Assembly: GCF_009834535.1 (NCBI RefSeq)
Contig: NC_045697.1
Location: forward strand, 64,048,001-64,112,000
From: Camelus ferus
Lineage: Eukaryota
Direction of reading: 5' to 3'
Length of the DNA stretch: 64,000 bases
Both the position numbers and the translations under genes were made by a program. The notes under the pieces were generated by a model. The model was not told the DNA's origin. It worked only from the letters and a program-made list of their open reading frames with translations, and made no database searches. This document shows positions 38,300 through 58,149 of the stretch, one piece after another. Within the stretch, counting starts at the first letter, position 1; every line of letters starts with the position of its first letter.

Positions 38300-41200
38300 T
38301 GTACCAGAGCACATGGAAAGATGCATAGCCCATCCAACAACCCTGTTAACAGTGGCACTTGAACAGAGAGCACAGCCCATGGTTTTCCCTGTCTGCAGAG
38401 CAAGGTCGGCAACCCCAGCTAACCAGGATATTCAGTAGATAATCTTGCCTGATTAGGGTTCCCCAAACATGAGCCATGTAAATCCTGGGTTCCATTATGC
38501 TGCCCTCTGAGAGCAAGGAAGCTAATTCATAGTTCCGCCTACTGCTGAGTGTAGTACCCAGTCCTGACCAACTAGAAACCCTGACTAGAGAATCCAGAAG
38601 AGTGATGGTGGAGGTGATGGGAGTGGCAGAGGCAGTTGTAGCAGAGGAGGCAGTGGGCCACCACGACCTCTATGGCAGAGGAGGTGGAGGGTGAAGAGGG
38701 TCAGTAGGGGTTTAGCCAGCTACACCCGCCTACAGCTGAAGGGACTCACTGCTCTCTCTGAGGACAGATCACAGTGACTTGGGGGAAGGGAAGGGAAGGG
38801 AAGGGAAGGGAAGGGAAGGGAAGGGGAGGGGAGGGGAGGGGAGGGGAGGGAAGGGGGAAACCTAACAAAGAGAACTAAAAATGTCTGCACAGGGATTCTG
38901 GCAAAAGGATGGCCCAAAGACATCTGGGACTACAACTCAAAGATCCCCTTACCAAGCTGTGGGCACACCCAAAGCCTAAAGTGCTAAGGACACACCTCAC
39001 CCCTCATCTGCCATCAAGCTCTTTTTCTCTCTCTCCAGCTTATTTTATGTGCATTCCCAACCTTAGCACTGAGTCAGCTTTGATAAGACAAACCAAAAAC
39101 GTGTGTTATAACACCACATTCTGGAAAATGAAAGACTCCTAATTACCAATCTGTTGAATTGTTAGAATCTAAGTAAACAAAGCCTTACCTGAATAAAAAA
39201 AGATGTTCACTACTTCAGATGTAGTGGTAGAGGCACTTTTAATCAAACATTATGAAAAGTCACAATAATAGGTATCACAAAAAAAGAATGAAAATTTTCT
39301 AGTAATCAAAGCCAAAGACATGGACTATTGCAATGTAACTGACAGAGAATTCAAAATAGATGTTAAGAAATTCAATGAGCTACAAGAAAATTCATAAAGG
39401 CAATACAGCGATCTCAAAAATGAAATTAATGAGCAGGAGTACTTAAAGAGATTGAAATTCTCAAAAAGAACCAAACAGAAATTCTTGAGCTAAAGAACTC
39501 AATAAATGAGATGAAGAATGCATTAGAAAACACTGGAAATAGAGCAAGCCAGATGGAAGAGAGAATAAGAAAGCTCAAGGATAGGGACATAGAAATGTTT
39601 CCAGTGGAAAGGATTAAGAACTAAGATTCTTAAAAGTGAAGAAACTCTGAGAACTATCAGACTCCATTAGAAGTGTCAACATAAAATTAATGAGTATCCC
39701 AGAAGGAGAAAGGTGGAAGAAGGGAACAGAGAGCATATTTAAAGAACCAATAGGTGAGAACTTCCCAAACCTGGAGAAGGAACTGGATATATAAGTCCAT
39801 GAAGCTAATAAAACACCTTATTATCTTAATGAAAAAAAAAGACTTTCTACAAGACACATTACATTAAAACTATCAAAAGTCAACAATAAAGAAATTTAAA
39901 GGCAGCCAGGAGAATAAAAGAAGATAGCCTACAAAGGACCTCCCCTTAGGCTATCAGCAGATTTCTCAGCAGAAGCTCAAGAGAGAGTACAATGACATAG
40001 TCAAAGATTGAAAGATAAAAATTGTCAGCCAAAAATACTCTGTCAAATGTTACCTTCAATCATTAAGGAGAAATAAAGGCTTTCCCAGACAAAAGCTAAG
40101 GGAGTCAGCATGATCAGCCTTACAAAAAATGTTGAAAGTAGCTCTTTAAACTGAAGGAAAAGTACACAAAACTCAGATTTATATAATATAGTCAGAATTA
40201 GAAAACTCTTTTTTAGAATAGTATATTAAACACTCAATTACAGTATAAAGGATAAAGAAAGGAGCATTAAAAATAACTATAGCTACTACAAAAACACAAC
40301 AAAATCACAGCATAAAAAAAGATCATTGGTGGCATCAAAAATATAAAAAAACAGTAAAAAGATGGCACCTTTATAGCAAATGAAGATAAATAAATTGCTA
40401 TCAGCATAAAAGAGACTGTAGTATCTATGAGATGTTCTGTGTAAACCTCATGGTAATCACACAGGGGAGATTGAGCAAATCACCATGGAAAACTGCCAAG
40501 TTACAAAGGCAGACATAAGCAAACAAACAAAAAACCACCAGAGAGACAAAATAACCAGAAGGCAAAAAATAAAATACCCATAGAAAATTCTTACATAATA
40601 ATCTCCCTAAATGTAAATGGACTGAACTCACCAATCAAAAGGCACAGAGTGACTACATGGATTTAAAAAAAAAAAAAAAGACTCAACTAAATGCTGCCTA
40701 CAGGAGAATATTTCAGCTCTAAAGACACATGTAGGCTCAAAGTAAAAGGATTGAAGATAATATTTACAGCAAATGGAAGCCAAAAGAAGGCAAGCACAGT
40801 CATACTTATACTAGACAAAATAGACTTCAAGCCTAAAAGGGCAACAAGAGACAAAGAAGGTCATTATATAATTATAAAGGTGTCTATACATCAAGAAGAT
40901 ACAACTGCCTATAAATAAATAATTTCCAACTCCCAAGCACTGAAATATGAAGCAAATACTAACAGACTTTAAGGGAGAAATAGACAGCAATACAATAATA
41001 GGGGACTTGAATACCCCATTAATGGACAGATTGTCCAAATGGAAAATCAACAAATATTGGAAAGAAACCACACATTAGAACAAATGAACTCAATGGATAT
41101 ATATAAAACAGTCCATCCAAGAGTAACAGAATACACATTCTCAAGTGCACATGGAACATTCTTCAGGATAGATAATATAAAAGGACACAAAACAAATATT

Positions 41201-43187
41201 AGCAAATTTAAGAAAATTGAAATCATACCAAATTTCTTCTCTGACCACAATGGTATGAAGCTAGAAATCAACAAGAGGCATGTAAGAAGATCTAGAAATA
41301 TATGGAAACTAAACAACACACTTCTGAGCAACCAATGAGTCAAAGAAAAGAATCAAAAGGAAACAAAGATTATCTTGAAACAAATGAACAGAAGTACAAC
41401 CTATCAAATATTGTGTGATACAGCAAAAGCAGTTCTAACTGAAAAGTTTATAGCAATAAACACGTATGAAAAATTAGAAAGATCTCAAATTAACAACCTA
41501 ACTTTACACCTCAAGGAACCAGAAAAAAAATAACAAATTAAGCCTGAAGTTAGAAGGAAGGAAATAAATATCACAGTGGAAATAAATGAAATAGAGACCA
41601 GAAAAACAATAGAACAGACTATTGAAACTAAGAGTTGGTTCTTCTAAAAGATAAGCAAAATTGATGAACCTTTAGCTAAACTGACTTAAAAAAAAAACTC
41701 AAATAAATAAAATCTGAAATAAAAATGGAGACATTGTAACTGATACTACAGAAATATGGAGATTCATGAGGCTACTATGAACAGTTATATGCCAACAAAT
41801 TGTATAACCTTGAAGAAATGGATAAATTTCTAGAAACACACAATCAAATAAAACTGAATCAAGAAGAAATAGAAAAATCCTAACAGACCAAGAATGACTA
41901 AAGAGAGTGAACCAGTATTCAAAAACTCCCAACACAGAAAGCTCCAGGACCAGAAAGCTTCATTGGAGAATTCTACCAACTATTTAAAGAAATAAGACCA
42001 ATATTTATCAAACCCTTCCAAAATATCAAGGAGAAAATAGTTCAGAGTATATTCTATGAAGCCAGCAGTACCTTGACACCAAAACCAGATAAGAATGCCA
42101 CAAAACAAACAAAACTATAGCTTAATATCCCTGATGGACTATATCCATCCAATTTGCATCGATATGCAAAAATTCTCAACAAAATATTAGGAAACTGAAT
42201 TCAAGAACACATTAAAAGAACTGTACACCATAACCAAGTGGGACTTGTCCATATGATGTAGGATGGTTCAACACATGCAAATCAATAAATGTGAAACATC
42301 ACATCAATAAAATGAAAGATAAAAATCACATGATTATCTCAATAGACACAGAAAAAGTATTTGATAAAATACAGTATCCTTATTTGATAAAAATCTTTAA
42401 CAGATTGGACATAAAAGAAACACACTTTACCATAACAATGGTGATACACAACAAACCCACAGCTAACACTATATTCAATGCAGGAAAATTCAAAGTATTT
42501 TTCAAAAGATCAGAAACAAGGCAAGGATGCCCACTCTCAACTCGTAGTAAAGATATTACTGGAAGTCCTACCTAGAGCAATTAGGCAAGACAAAGAAAAG
42601 GCATCAAAATCAAAAAGTAAAAAGTACAATTGTTGCTATTTGCTGATAATATAATCTTATATATAGAATATACCAAAAAGTAAGACAGGAAAAAATAACT
42701 GTTGGAATTAATCAATGATTTCAGTAAAGAGCAGGATACAAAATCAACATATAAAAATCAGATGCATTTCTTTATATTAATGATGAAAACATGTGAGGAT
42801 GAAATATAGAACACTGTACCCTATCAAAAAGGTAAATTACTTAGGAATCGATTTAACCAAAGAAGTGTAAGATCTGTACAGTGAAAACAAGACATTGGTA
42901 AAAGAAATCAAAGAAGATACAAACAAATGGACAGACATCCTGTATTCATGGAAGAATTAATATTGTTAAAATGATCATACTATCCAAAGCCATCTAGACT
43001 CAGTGCATTCTCCCTCAAAATACCAAGGGCATTCCTCAAAGAAATAGAAGAAACAATACTAACATTGGTGTGGAATTGTAAAAGGTCTCAAAAAGTTAAT
43101 AAATCATGGAAAAAAAGAACAAAGCTAGAGGTATCACAGTTCTAGATTTCAAGCTAAACTACAAAGCCATAATAATAAAAACAGTAT
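38300..43187 (+). mobile_element. LINE-1 copy A: 5' UTR, decayed ORF1 (~39252-40149) and ORF2 EN+RT (~40590-43187); 3' end missing
   Basis: ctaaatgtaaatggactgaactcaccaatcaaaagg (LNVNGLNSPIKR), SDHNGMKLEIN, RQGCPLS, FADN at 42639-42650; many stops and frameshifts. Confidence 0.92.
38781..38860 (+). repeat. (GGGAA)n/(GGGGA)n polypurine pentamer microsatellite
   Basis: 80 consecutive purines: gggggaagggaagggaaggg...gaggggagggaagggggaaa. Confidence 0.95.
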
Positions 43188-45055
43188 GAAAGGAAAAGAT
43201 CAAGATGATGGAGTAGGAGAACTCCACTACACCTCCACCCATACCCCTACAAATACATCAAAAAGACATCTACATGTGGAGCAGTTCTCACCAAAGACAA
43301 ACTGGCAACTGGCAAAAAGACTCTTACACAACCAGGGCTGTAAGAAAGATCCACAAAAATCTGGGTAGGAAGGAAAGAGAAGCAATCAGGTTGAGACCTG
43401 TGCCCTTGGGCAGGGACACAGAAGAGCTGGGGGATTACACAAGCTCAAAATTCCTCCCAGGGAGTGAGCAGTTTGAAACACATATCGGGTGCCCCAAACC
43501 TGGGGTCTGACACCAGGAGGATGAGTCCACTTAGCTGGTTTGAAAACCAGTGGGACTGACAGTGAGGTTACAAGAAACCTAGATTCCCCTCATGAAGAGC
43601 ACACACACACTTGCTTACTTCTAAAACAAGGCATAGGAAGCAGACTGAAACTATGGGGTGGGAGAGGGGGCTTCTGGCTAGTTTCCCACAATGACCCACC
43701 AGTCTCCCCAAACAGCTGAGTGCCTGCTCTGGCCTATCTTGCTCCACGACTCAGCTCCACATAGACGCATGCAAAGCATTTGACAAAATTTAACATCCAC
43801 TCATGATGAAAGCTCTAATCAAAGCAAGTACAGAGGGAACACATTTCAGTAAATAAAGACCATTTATGACAAACCCACAGCCACATCATACTCAACAGTG
43901 AAAACCTGAAAGCCTTTCCTCTGAATTCAGGAAGAAGACAGGGATGCTCACTCTTACCATTTCTGTTTCTCACAGTATTGGGTGTCCTGGCCACAGCAAT
44001 CACACAAGAAATCAAACGCATCAAAATTAGAAGAGAATTTGCAGATGACATGATACTTTATATAGAAAACCCTAAAGTCTCTACCCCAAAACTATAGAAC
44101 TATGGGGAATTAAGCAAAGCTGTAGGATACAAGATTAATATACAGTAATCAGTTGCTTTTCTATACACTAATGAAGAACTACCAGGAGGAGGAAAATTTT
44201 TAAATCCCACTTAAATCATATCAAAAAGAATAAAATACCTAAGGATAAGCTTAACAAAGGAAGTGAAAGATCTATGCTCTGAAAACTGTAACTTGCTGAT
44301 GAAGGAAATTGAAGATGACAGAAAGAAATGGAAAAATAGCCCATGTTTTTGGATAGGAAGAGTTAATATTGTTAAAATATCTACACTATCCAAAGAAACC
44401 TGAAGATTTAATTTAATTCCTTTAAAAATTGCTGACATTTTTCTCAGAACTAAAGCAAATAATCCTAAAATTCATGAACAACCATGTATGTCTCTGATTT
44501 GCCAAAGCAATCTTGAGGAAAAATAAAGCTGGAAGAAACACGTTTACAGTTTTCAGGCTATATTATAAAGCTACAGTGATCTAAACAGCATGATGCTGGC
44601 ACAAAAACAGATACACAGATCAATGCAACCAAATAGAGAGCCCCAAAATAAACCCACACACTTACGGTCAATTAATCTATGATAAAAGAGGCAAGAATAT
44701 ACAATGGAAAAAAGACAATCTCTACTACAAGCAGTGCTGGGAAAATTGGACAGCTACATGTAAAACAATGAAATTAGAACATTACCTCACACCATATACA
44801 AAAATAAACTCCAAATGGATTAAACACCTAAATGTAAGACCTGAAGCCATAAAACTCCTATAAGATAATAAACGTAAAATACTCTGACACAAATCTGAGC
44901 AATAGTTTTTGGTTCTGTGTCTCAAGGCAAAAGAAATAAAAGCAAAAATAAACAAATATGACCTAAATAAACTTAAAAGCTTTTGCACAGCAAAGGAAAT
45001 ATTTGACAAAACAAAAAATCAACCTACAGAATGGGAGAAAATATTTGCAAATGAT
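43188..45055 (+). mobile_element. LINE-1 copy B: ~575 bp 5' UTR fused directly to the ORF2 RT region; 3'-truncated
   Basis: The 5' end aaggaaaagatcaagatgatggagtagg is homologous to the element at 2989. At 43764/43765 it jumps to (D)AKAFDKI-like sequence. FADD at 44038-44049; ends after gggagaaaatatttgcaaatgata. Confidence 0.88.
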
Positions 45056-51420
<6,365 letters not shown>

Positions 51421-51810
51421 TCAAAAACATTGTTACAGAAGTGAATAATGCCTTAGATGGGTTCATCAGAAGACTGGACATAGTTGAATAGAGACAGTGA
51501 GCTTGACAATAAGTCAACAGAAACTTCCCAAACTGAAAGGCAAAGAGGAAGAATAGAGTTAATAAAAACAGAACAAGACCCAAGAACTATAGGAAATTTT
51601 TTAAAAAATGTAGTATATGTGTAATTGGGATACCAGAAAAAGAAAAAAAAAAAAAAAGAGAGAATGGAGCAGAAGAAATATTTGAAGTTTTAGTAGCTGA
51701 GAATTTTCCGAAATTAATAACAGACACTATACTTCAGATTCAGGAAGTTCAGAGAACATTAAGTAGAAAAATATTTAAAAATCTATACCTAGGTATAGCT
51801 TATTCTTAAT
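51421..51810 (+). mobile_element. Old L1M ORF1 fragment
   Basis: aatgccttagatgggttcatcagaagactggacatag, gtaattgggataccagaa, gaagaaatatttgaag...gctgagaattttccgaaattaa: ORF1 coiled-coil/RRM-like sequence. Confidence 0.8.
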
Positions 51811-52479
51811 AGATTTAAAAGATAAATTTGTTTAAAAGTAGTCATGGTTAACATTGTGTTGGGTGACATGTGACATGGCATTTATTGGTGAAATACATTG
51901 CTTCATCAACCTGGATAGAGAAGCTGTTATTTTTCAATATATTATCCAAATTTTCTTTAGCATTATGTAAAATGTCAATAATACGTTGACCTATCATATT
52001 GAGAGAACACTAATTCCTCATACTTATGTCATCCCAGCATTTTACTCACTATAATTTTATATGCTAACATTATTATTTTTTCACCATCTGGCATTTCCTT
52101 TCCTGAATAAGTTCTGCCAGTAAATAACTTATGTTCTATATCTTTTCACTAAATATGATTGTTTTTTAAAAGTGTTTTACTGTGCTTGTTTTGATATTCT
52201 AATAGCACTTTAAGAAATAAGCACTTTTAGTTGTCAAATTCCTGTGACTTGTAGTTAAGCTTTGTTTCAATTTTTCGGGAGACATTGTGATATTTTCAAG
52301 TTATTTCCCACATACAGCGGAGTGAAATAGGACAACCTGTATGGACATTTCAGTCCATATAGTACCCATTTGTAAGTAGCTCTCAGTGTAAACACAGCGT
52401 CTTTGGTATGTATGTTCCTTGTAGCACTAGTGTGGTGACAGGAATCAGAATATAATTTTTCATCATTAATATTTTAGAT

Positions 52480-52600
52480 AAAAACTATCAAGATATTCAC
52501 ATACCCTATGTTTCACCCTTTAAAAGTGTACAACTCAGAGAATTAACATATTTACACAGTCATGTAGTCATGCATCATTAAACTGATCAGACCCATCCCT
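52480..52600 (-). mobile_element. Old L1 3'-end fragment (antisense)
   Basis: tattcacataccctatgtttcaccctttaaaagtgtacaactcag...catatttacacagt. Confidence 0.65.
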
Positions 52601-54119
52601 AGGACAAGACCCAGCATCTGCTTTCTTCCATACACGCTTGCACAAATTCAACAACTAGGCATATTGTCAAAACACAAATAATAATAAAATATAAAATAAA
52701 ATACCAAAATAAATAAATTAGCATATGTGTAATAAAAGATAAACAAGTATCACAAAAATATAAAACCTTCACAGAATGATTCACTTCTGACCTACACAAT
52801 CCAAATATTGTAACATTTACAATAATAAAGTAGAAGAGGGCAGATGACTGACAGCACATAAAACTTCCATCTTTAGAATGAAAATTTCCCTCTGATTCTT
52901 TACTTACATTGAGAGAACCTGTCTGTATATAAGGAGACTGGGGAGGTAATTTATGAGAGAGAAGCGGTTGCCACCAGCCTACACACTCCCCTCTGTACAA
53001 TGCAGTGTTCACCTCTACATTATGTCCATAATTACATCAAAATCTGAGAATAAACTGAACCAAAGTATCATGATTCTACTGCCCACTGCCCTAGAGGAGT
53101 GAAAAACCTCTAAAGAAATTGCTAATGGGGATTCTTGCTCACTGTCATCATTACAAGGGCTAGCTTCACACAATATATGATGCTTTAAAAAAAGAACTGT
53201 ATATTTTATCAGATTGTTGTTTCCTGAAGAATCCTTACTGACATCTCACAGAGCTCCAAAGAACCCCAGCTGAGTGGCAAGCACTGGAGAGGTAGCAGTA
53301 GGTTGGTGTTCTTTGCTGGGATCTCTTTACATATGTAAGGGGTGTTCTTTGCTGTCCTCTTATCCTGATTGATTTCCTAGGCTCACTCTCCTCTTTCTCT
53401 GTCACTGTCAACTCACTGGACAATTTGCTCTTCTGTTCTCCAGTTATATAAAAAACCTAAATTGATTGCTTAAACAGTTGAGATGAGGAACAGATGCTGG
53501 ATTTGGTATCACCCTTAGGAGTTCTTGATTAGTTACATTGATAGAATTTTAAATGCTTAACGATATTCACTGGAAATGGGAGACCTGTTAGGCAACTGTG
53601 ATGACCGTCTGTAATCAATTTTCATATTAGGATGTGTTTATGTTCAATCTGGACATTATCGTGATTAATTTGAGAGGCTCTAAGTATTAGAAATTGACTT
53701 ATTCTCTTAACAGATTTTTATGGAGAGTCTACTTTGTGGCAGGCAGTATTTTAAACCCTGGGATATGTACTATGAATGGAAGCCTACTTTTAAACTCCCT
53801 TCTCCCAAAAAACTTTCATTCCAGAAATGCAGGAAAATCCACATAGTATTTTCTTTCATTGAGAAATACCCTCTCTTAAGCCTCAAATCACGACCTTCAT
53901 GTTTTCCTTTCTTCCGTGTAGCAGGCCACTGGGACTTACCCTGTTTCCCTCCTCATTAGTTGCCACAGCCTCTCTATCTCCTTCTATTCAACCGAGCTGC
54001 AAAAAGGAACACATTATGTCTCCAACACTCCTTTTCTTGTATTCTGAATTTTAATATTCAATACTCTCTTAAATTTTGGGATTTTGATGATATCCCATAT
54101 GGAGAAAGAGGCAGTAAAG

Positions 54120-54531
54120 CCTGGTTTGTTAGTAAGACAATACTGTTTTAACAGATAAAACTTCAAAATCTCAGTGGTTTATCTCTTGCTTAGGTAAAAA
54201 AGAAATCAGGCGCCCCTAAGAGTGGATGTTTTTCTTCCAAGGGCTGACTCCTGTAGTGGCTCTATCATCTACAATATTTAGGCTTCCAGTGCCACTGTGC
54301 TTCTCTGCATCCATCTGGCAGAAGGACAGAGTACGGAGCATCCCACGTGGGAGACTTTCATGGGTCAGGTCTGTAAGTGATGCATGTATTCACCTGCTCA
54401 TATTCCATCATCTAGAACTTCGTCTATGACTACACCTACTTCCAAGAAAGTCTGGGAAATACAGTTTAGATATATGCCCAGGGAAAAAGAGAAAAACACA
54501 TTACCCAATGAGGTAGTCAGTCTCTTCCATA
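54120..54531 (-). mobile_element. Old MLT1 (K/L-like) MaLR LTR
   Basis: aacagataaaacttcaaaatctcagtggttt ... cacctacttccaagaaagtctgggaaatacagtttag...gtctcttccata. Confidence 0.7.
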
Positions 54532-56529
54532 AACAATGAGGATTCTAGAATTCTGGAATGTTTCTAGACTACTTACATGATCATGGCTTATACATATCTA
54601 TAGCTGTGAATTTACCTAAATAAAATCTCCATAAGGTCAGGATTTTGTCTTCTTATACAGCCCAGCACATACCGGTGCTCAGTGAATGAATGAAATGTGT
54701 ATAAAAGAATAAATTAAAAAATTATCTGACTCAAGTGAACAGCCAAGCTTTCTAATATTTGACACTCAAACTCAATTCAATAGGACTCAATTACACTATT
54801 GTTGTCTATTATTTCATTTATTCTAAGGAGATAATAAAATAATTGGGGGAAAATGAAGTGAAATGATAAATCTTGATTATGTATCTACTCACTGGAAGAC
54901 ATTGCACCTTGTTGTTCCCTAAACCTCTCTACCTAAGTGACAGAGCAAGAGGAATTCCAACACAATTACACAATTATTACACAGCAACTGAACATATGCT
55001 ATGTGCCAAGACAATTAAAATATAATCCTCATCAGCTAGAAGTTCCTGTGCTTATTTGTGGCAATGATTTATGCCAAGGTTAGCCCAGCATAGCTGTGAC
55101 TCTTATAAAAGACAGTGAATGTAGATCTACCTATCCTTTGCTATTTGCTGCTACCCCAAAACTGGAGACCCATCTTGGATCCTAATTTTTAATCAGTACA
55201 TTGTGAAATGTAATTCACAACTGCATATTCTCAACACTGTCAAATCTTTAGGTGACCATGGACTTAGTCCTTAGCAAACCCTCATGCTAGAAGGCAGATA
55301 TATATCTCTCAAGGATTACAACACAATGTGGAGAGTGTCTTATGAAGATATGTACAAAATGCAATGGTTGAGTAGGAAAGAGAATAATAAACTATTTTTG
55401 GAGTTGAGGAAGCCTTTGCAGAGGGATTTCTCTTTGAGCTGAAACTTGGCATGTGAGCCAAAAGCAGGAGGCAAATGGGATATCAAGAGTGCATGCAAAG
55501 GTTTACAGGATGAAAGGAAGCAGTATATGTAGCCAGGGCATGGAGTGAGAGCTTCTAGGGGATAAAAATAGAAAGATGGTTGGGGAGTGTTATCTTAATT
55601 ATGTATTTTATTCAACGTCAGGGACAAAGGAGCATGGTTTGGAAGAGCCAAGCAAATTATAGCTGTTTTGACACTGAGGATGTTTTCACATGTCAAAATT
55701 TAAAAGCTATTAACTTTTGTAACCAAATAATATGTGCAATAGGCATCACTGGCTCTTCCTCTCATTCTGACTTCTATCCCCAGGGTATGTTGGCCATGCA
55801 GTGAGCCTTAGGGATGGGATGAGGGAGGAGGTGGAGTTTAAGAGTAAGGATGAGGCAAGTATGAAGCTCAGGGATGGCATAGGATGTCTTCTCTGCACAT
55901 TACTTGTTTAAGAAGAAAGAAATATGGGAAAACAAAACAGCTTGAAGTCTAATGGTATAGGTTATTTGGGGGGCCATGTCAAGTGTTCCTAAGGGAAAAT
56001 GTCAAATGCACTATGTTGAAACAGCCTTAATTAACCATTTGCCTTCTAGGAAATATGGAAAATTGATTTTTAAAGAAAAGGTTTTCTTAACCAAAGTACA
56101 GAAATATAATGGCTTGCTTATAATAGAGAGACGCTTTAAAGATAAACTAATACCAATATGCTGAAACCACTGTGATAATTTAATATGTATTTAACCATAA
56201 ATCAATATCTGAAATACAAAATAATTTTGTAATAGTGAAGACTACCTTGGGAAATAGTGGGTCCCAAGAATGAAATTATTCAAATGTAAGCTTAGAGTAT
56301 GTTATAGAAAAGACTTCTAGTAGCATATGAGTCAATCATTTGTGGCTCTTTCTAAATGCTAAATTCAATAAGCATTATAAGCACTGCCTTAACTCAAATT
56401 GGTAACAAGCCTTTCACATGGAAATAAGACACAAGATTCCATATTGAGTAAAGCCTATCCTTTGTAGAGCATAGATTTTTGATAATGCCAAGATACACAT
56501 TAAAGAAATTCTACTACCCAAAGTCCCTA

Positions 56530-57790
56530 TAACATTTATTCAAAAAGTGTTTATTGGGGATCTGCTATGTGCCAGGCATTGACTACTAGGCCTGTTGATG
56601 TATTTTTTGAACTAAGATCCATAAAATTCCACATAGAAAGTGTATTTTATTAAAAGACCTTAATGAACAAACAAATAAATATAAAACTGCAGGTTATAAT
56701 GAGTTCCACATTTTAAAAAAGTAAAGCATAGAGAGCGGTAGAGAGTGATGGAAAATAATGATGGCTTTTAACAGAATGAAAGAATTCTTTGAGGAAGATA
56801 ACTGAGTAAAGATCTGTATGAAGCAGTGAAGCAAACAAAGAGAAGATACAAAGGAAAGTTTTTCCAGGCAGAAGGAAGAGACAATCCACAGGCCCTAAAG
56901 AAATAAACAACTTCATGTGGCTAAAGAGCAGTATTAATACCAGTATGGGAGGAGCACAGTGATTTAGGAGAGTTATGGGAAGGAAATGTAAAGAGGATGT
57001 GGGCAAGATTACCTAGGGCTTCAAGGAGCATAGTAAGGAGTTTGGATTTTAATATAATTGTGTAGGAAAGTCTTTGGAGAGTTTGAACAGGAAAATGATA
57101 CAATCTTATGTGTATATTTTTAAAACACTGTAACTGGTATGTCAGGAAGAGACTGCAGGGGAACGAGAGTACAAGTGAGGAAACAGAAGACTTCAGCATA
57201 GACTGAAGACTCCATAAGATGCTAGTAGCTTATACTAGGCTGGTAGCAGTGTTTTGTAATTGGTTTATATTTTGAAGGTAACTCTTTCAGGAATTTTTTG
57301 TCTGGATAAGATATAAAGCGATGGGACAAAAGAATCAAGAAAAAATCCTGGATTTTTGGTCTACAAAAACTGGGGTGGCAATATTAACTAAATGGAAGAT
57401 CACATGAAGAAATGTTTTTGTGTGATTACTTATTTGGCAAGTGCAGCATAATTAAGACTTATCTTTTATTTCTGTTAATTTTGAGAAGTTTATTAGGCAT
57501 CCCAGTGGAAATGTTGAGAAGGTTCTAACAGTCTGGATCTCAGGACAGAAGGTGGAGCTGCAATTATTAATTTCGGAGTTCTGACCATGCAGATTCCATC
57601 TAAACCATGAGACTTAGTGAGATTATCTAGAATGGTAATTTGGGAAAAGAGTATAAAATCAAGGACTGAATGCTGTGGGAGAAAACACTAACAATGAAGC
57701 CAAGGGGCTGAGAAAAACTAGACAAGTATAGTATCTTGAAAGCCAGCTGAGAAAGTGAGAGAGCACTTACTATGTCAAACGATACAGAGA
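56530..57790 (-). mobile_element. LINE-2 (L2a-like) 3' fragment
   Basis: tttattcaaaaagtgtttattggggatctgctatgtgccaggcattg, ccaggcagaaggaagagac, gtaaggagtttggattttaat, tttgagaagtttattaggcatcccagtggaaatgttgag. Confidence 0.85.
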
Positions 57791-58149
57791 CATCCAGAAA
57801 CATAATTCACTTTTCTGGCTAGACTGCTCGTTAACACACTGGTCAGAAGACATACATCTCTGCACAATTCAGCAGGCTCACACTTTTTAACATTACAAAG
57901 GACTCTGCCTGTCATCACTACAACTTGCCCATTTCCTCAAAGCTGGAGGTATCTCTAAGATACCTAATTGTTCAGACTCCCTGATTTCCTCCATCTTTTA
58001 GGTCCAGCATTTTTAAAATTCACAAGTGTTTTATTATAAGCATCTATAAAACTTTTCTCCTAGTTGGCCCATTCCCAAAACACATTTATGTTAAAAAGAA
58101 ATCCCTATATTCAAATACTACAGAATAAAGCTAAATCCTACAAGATGTG

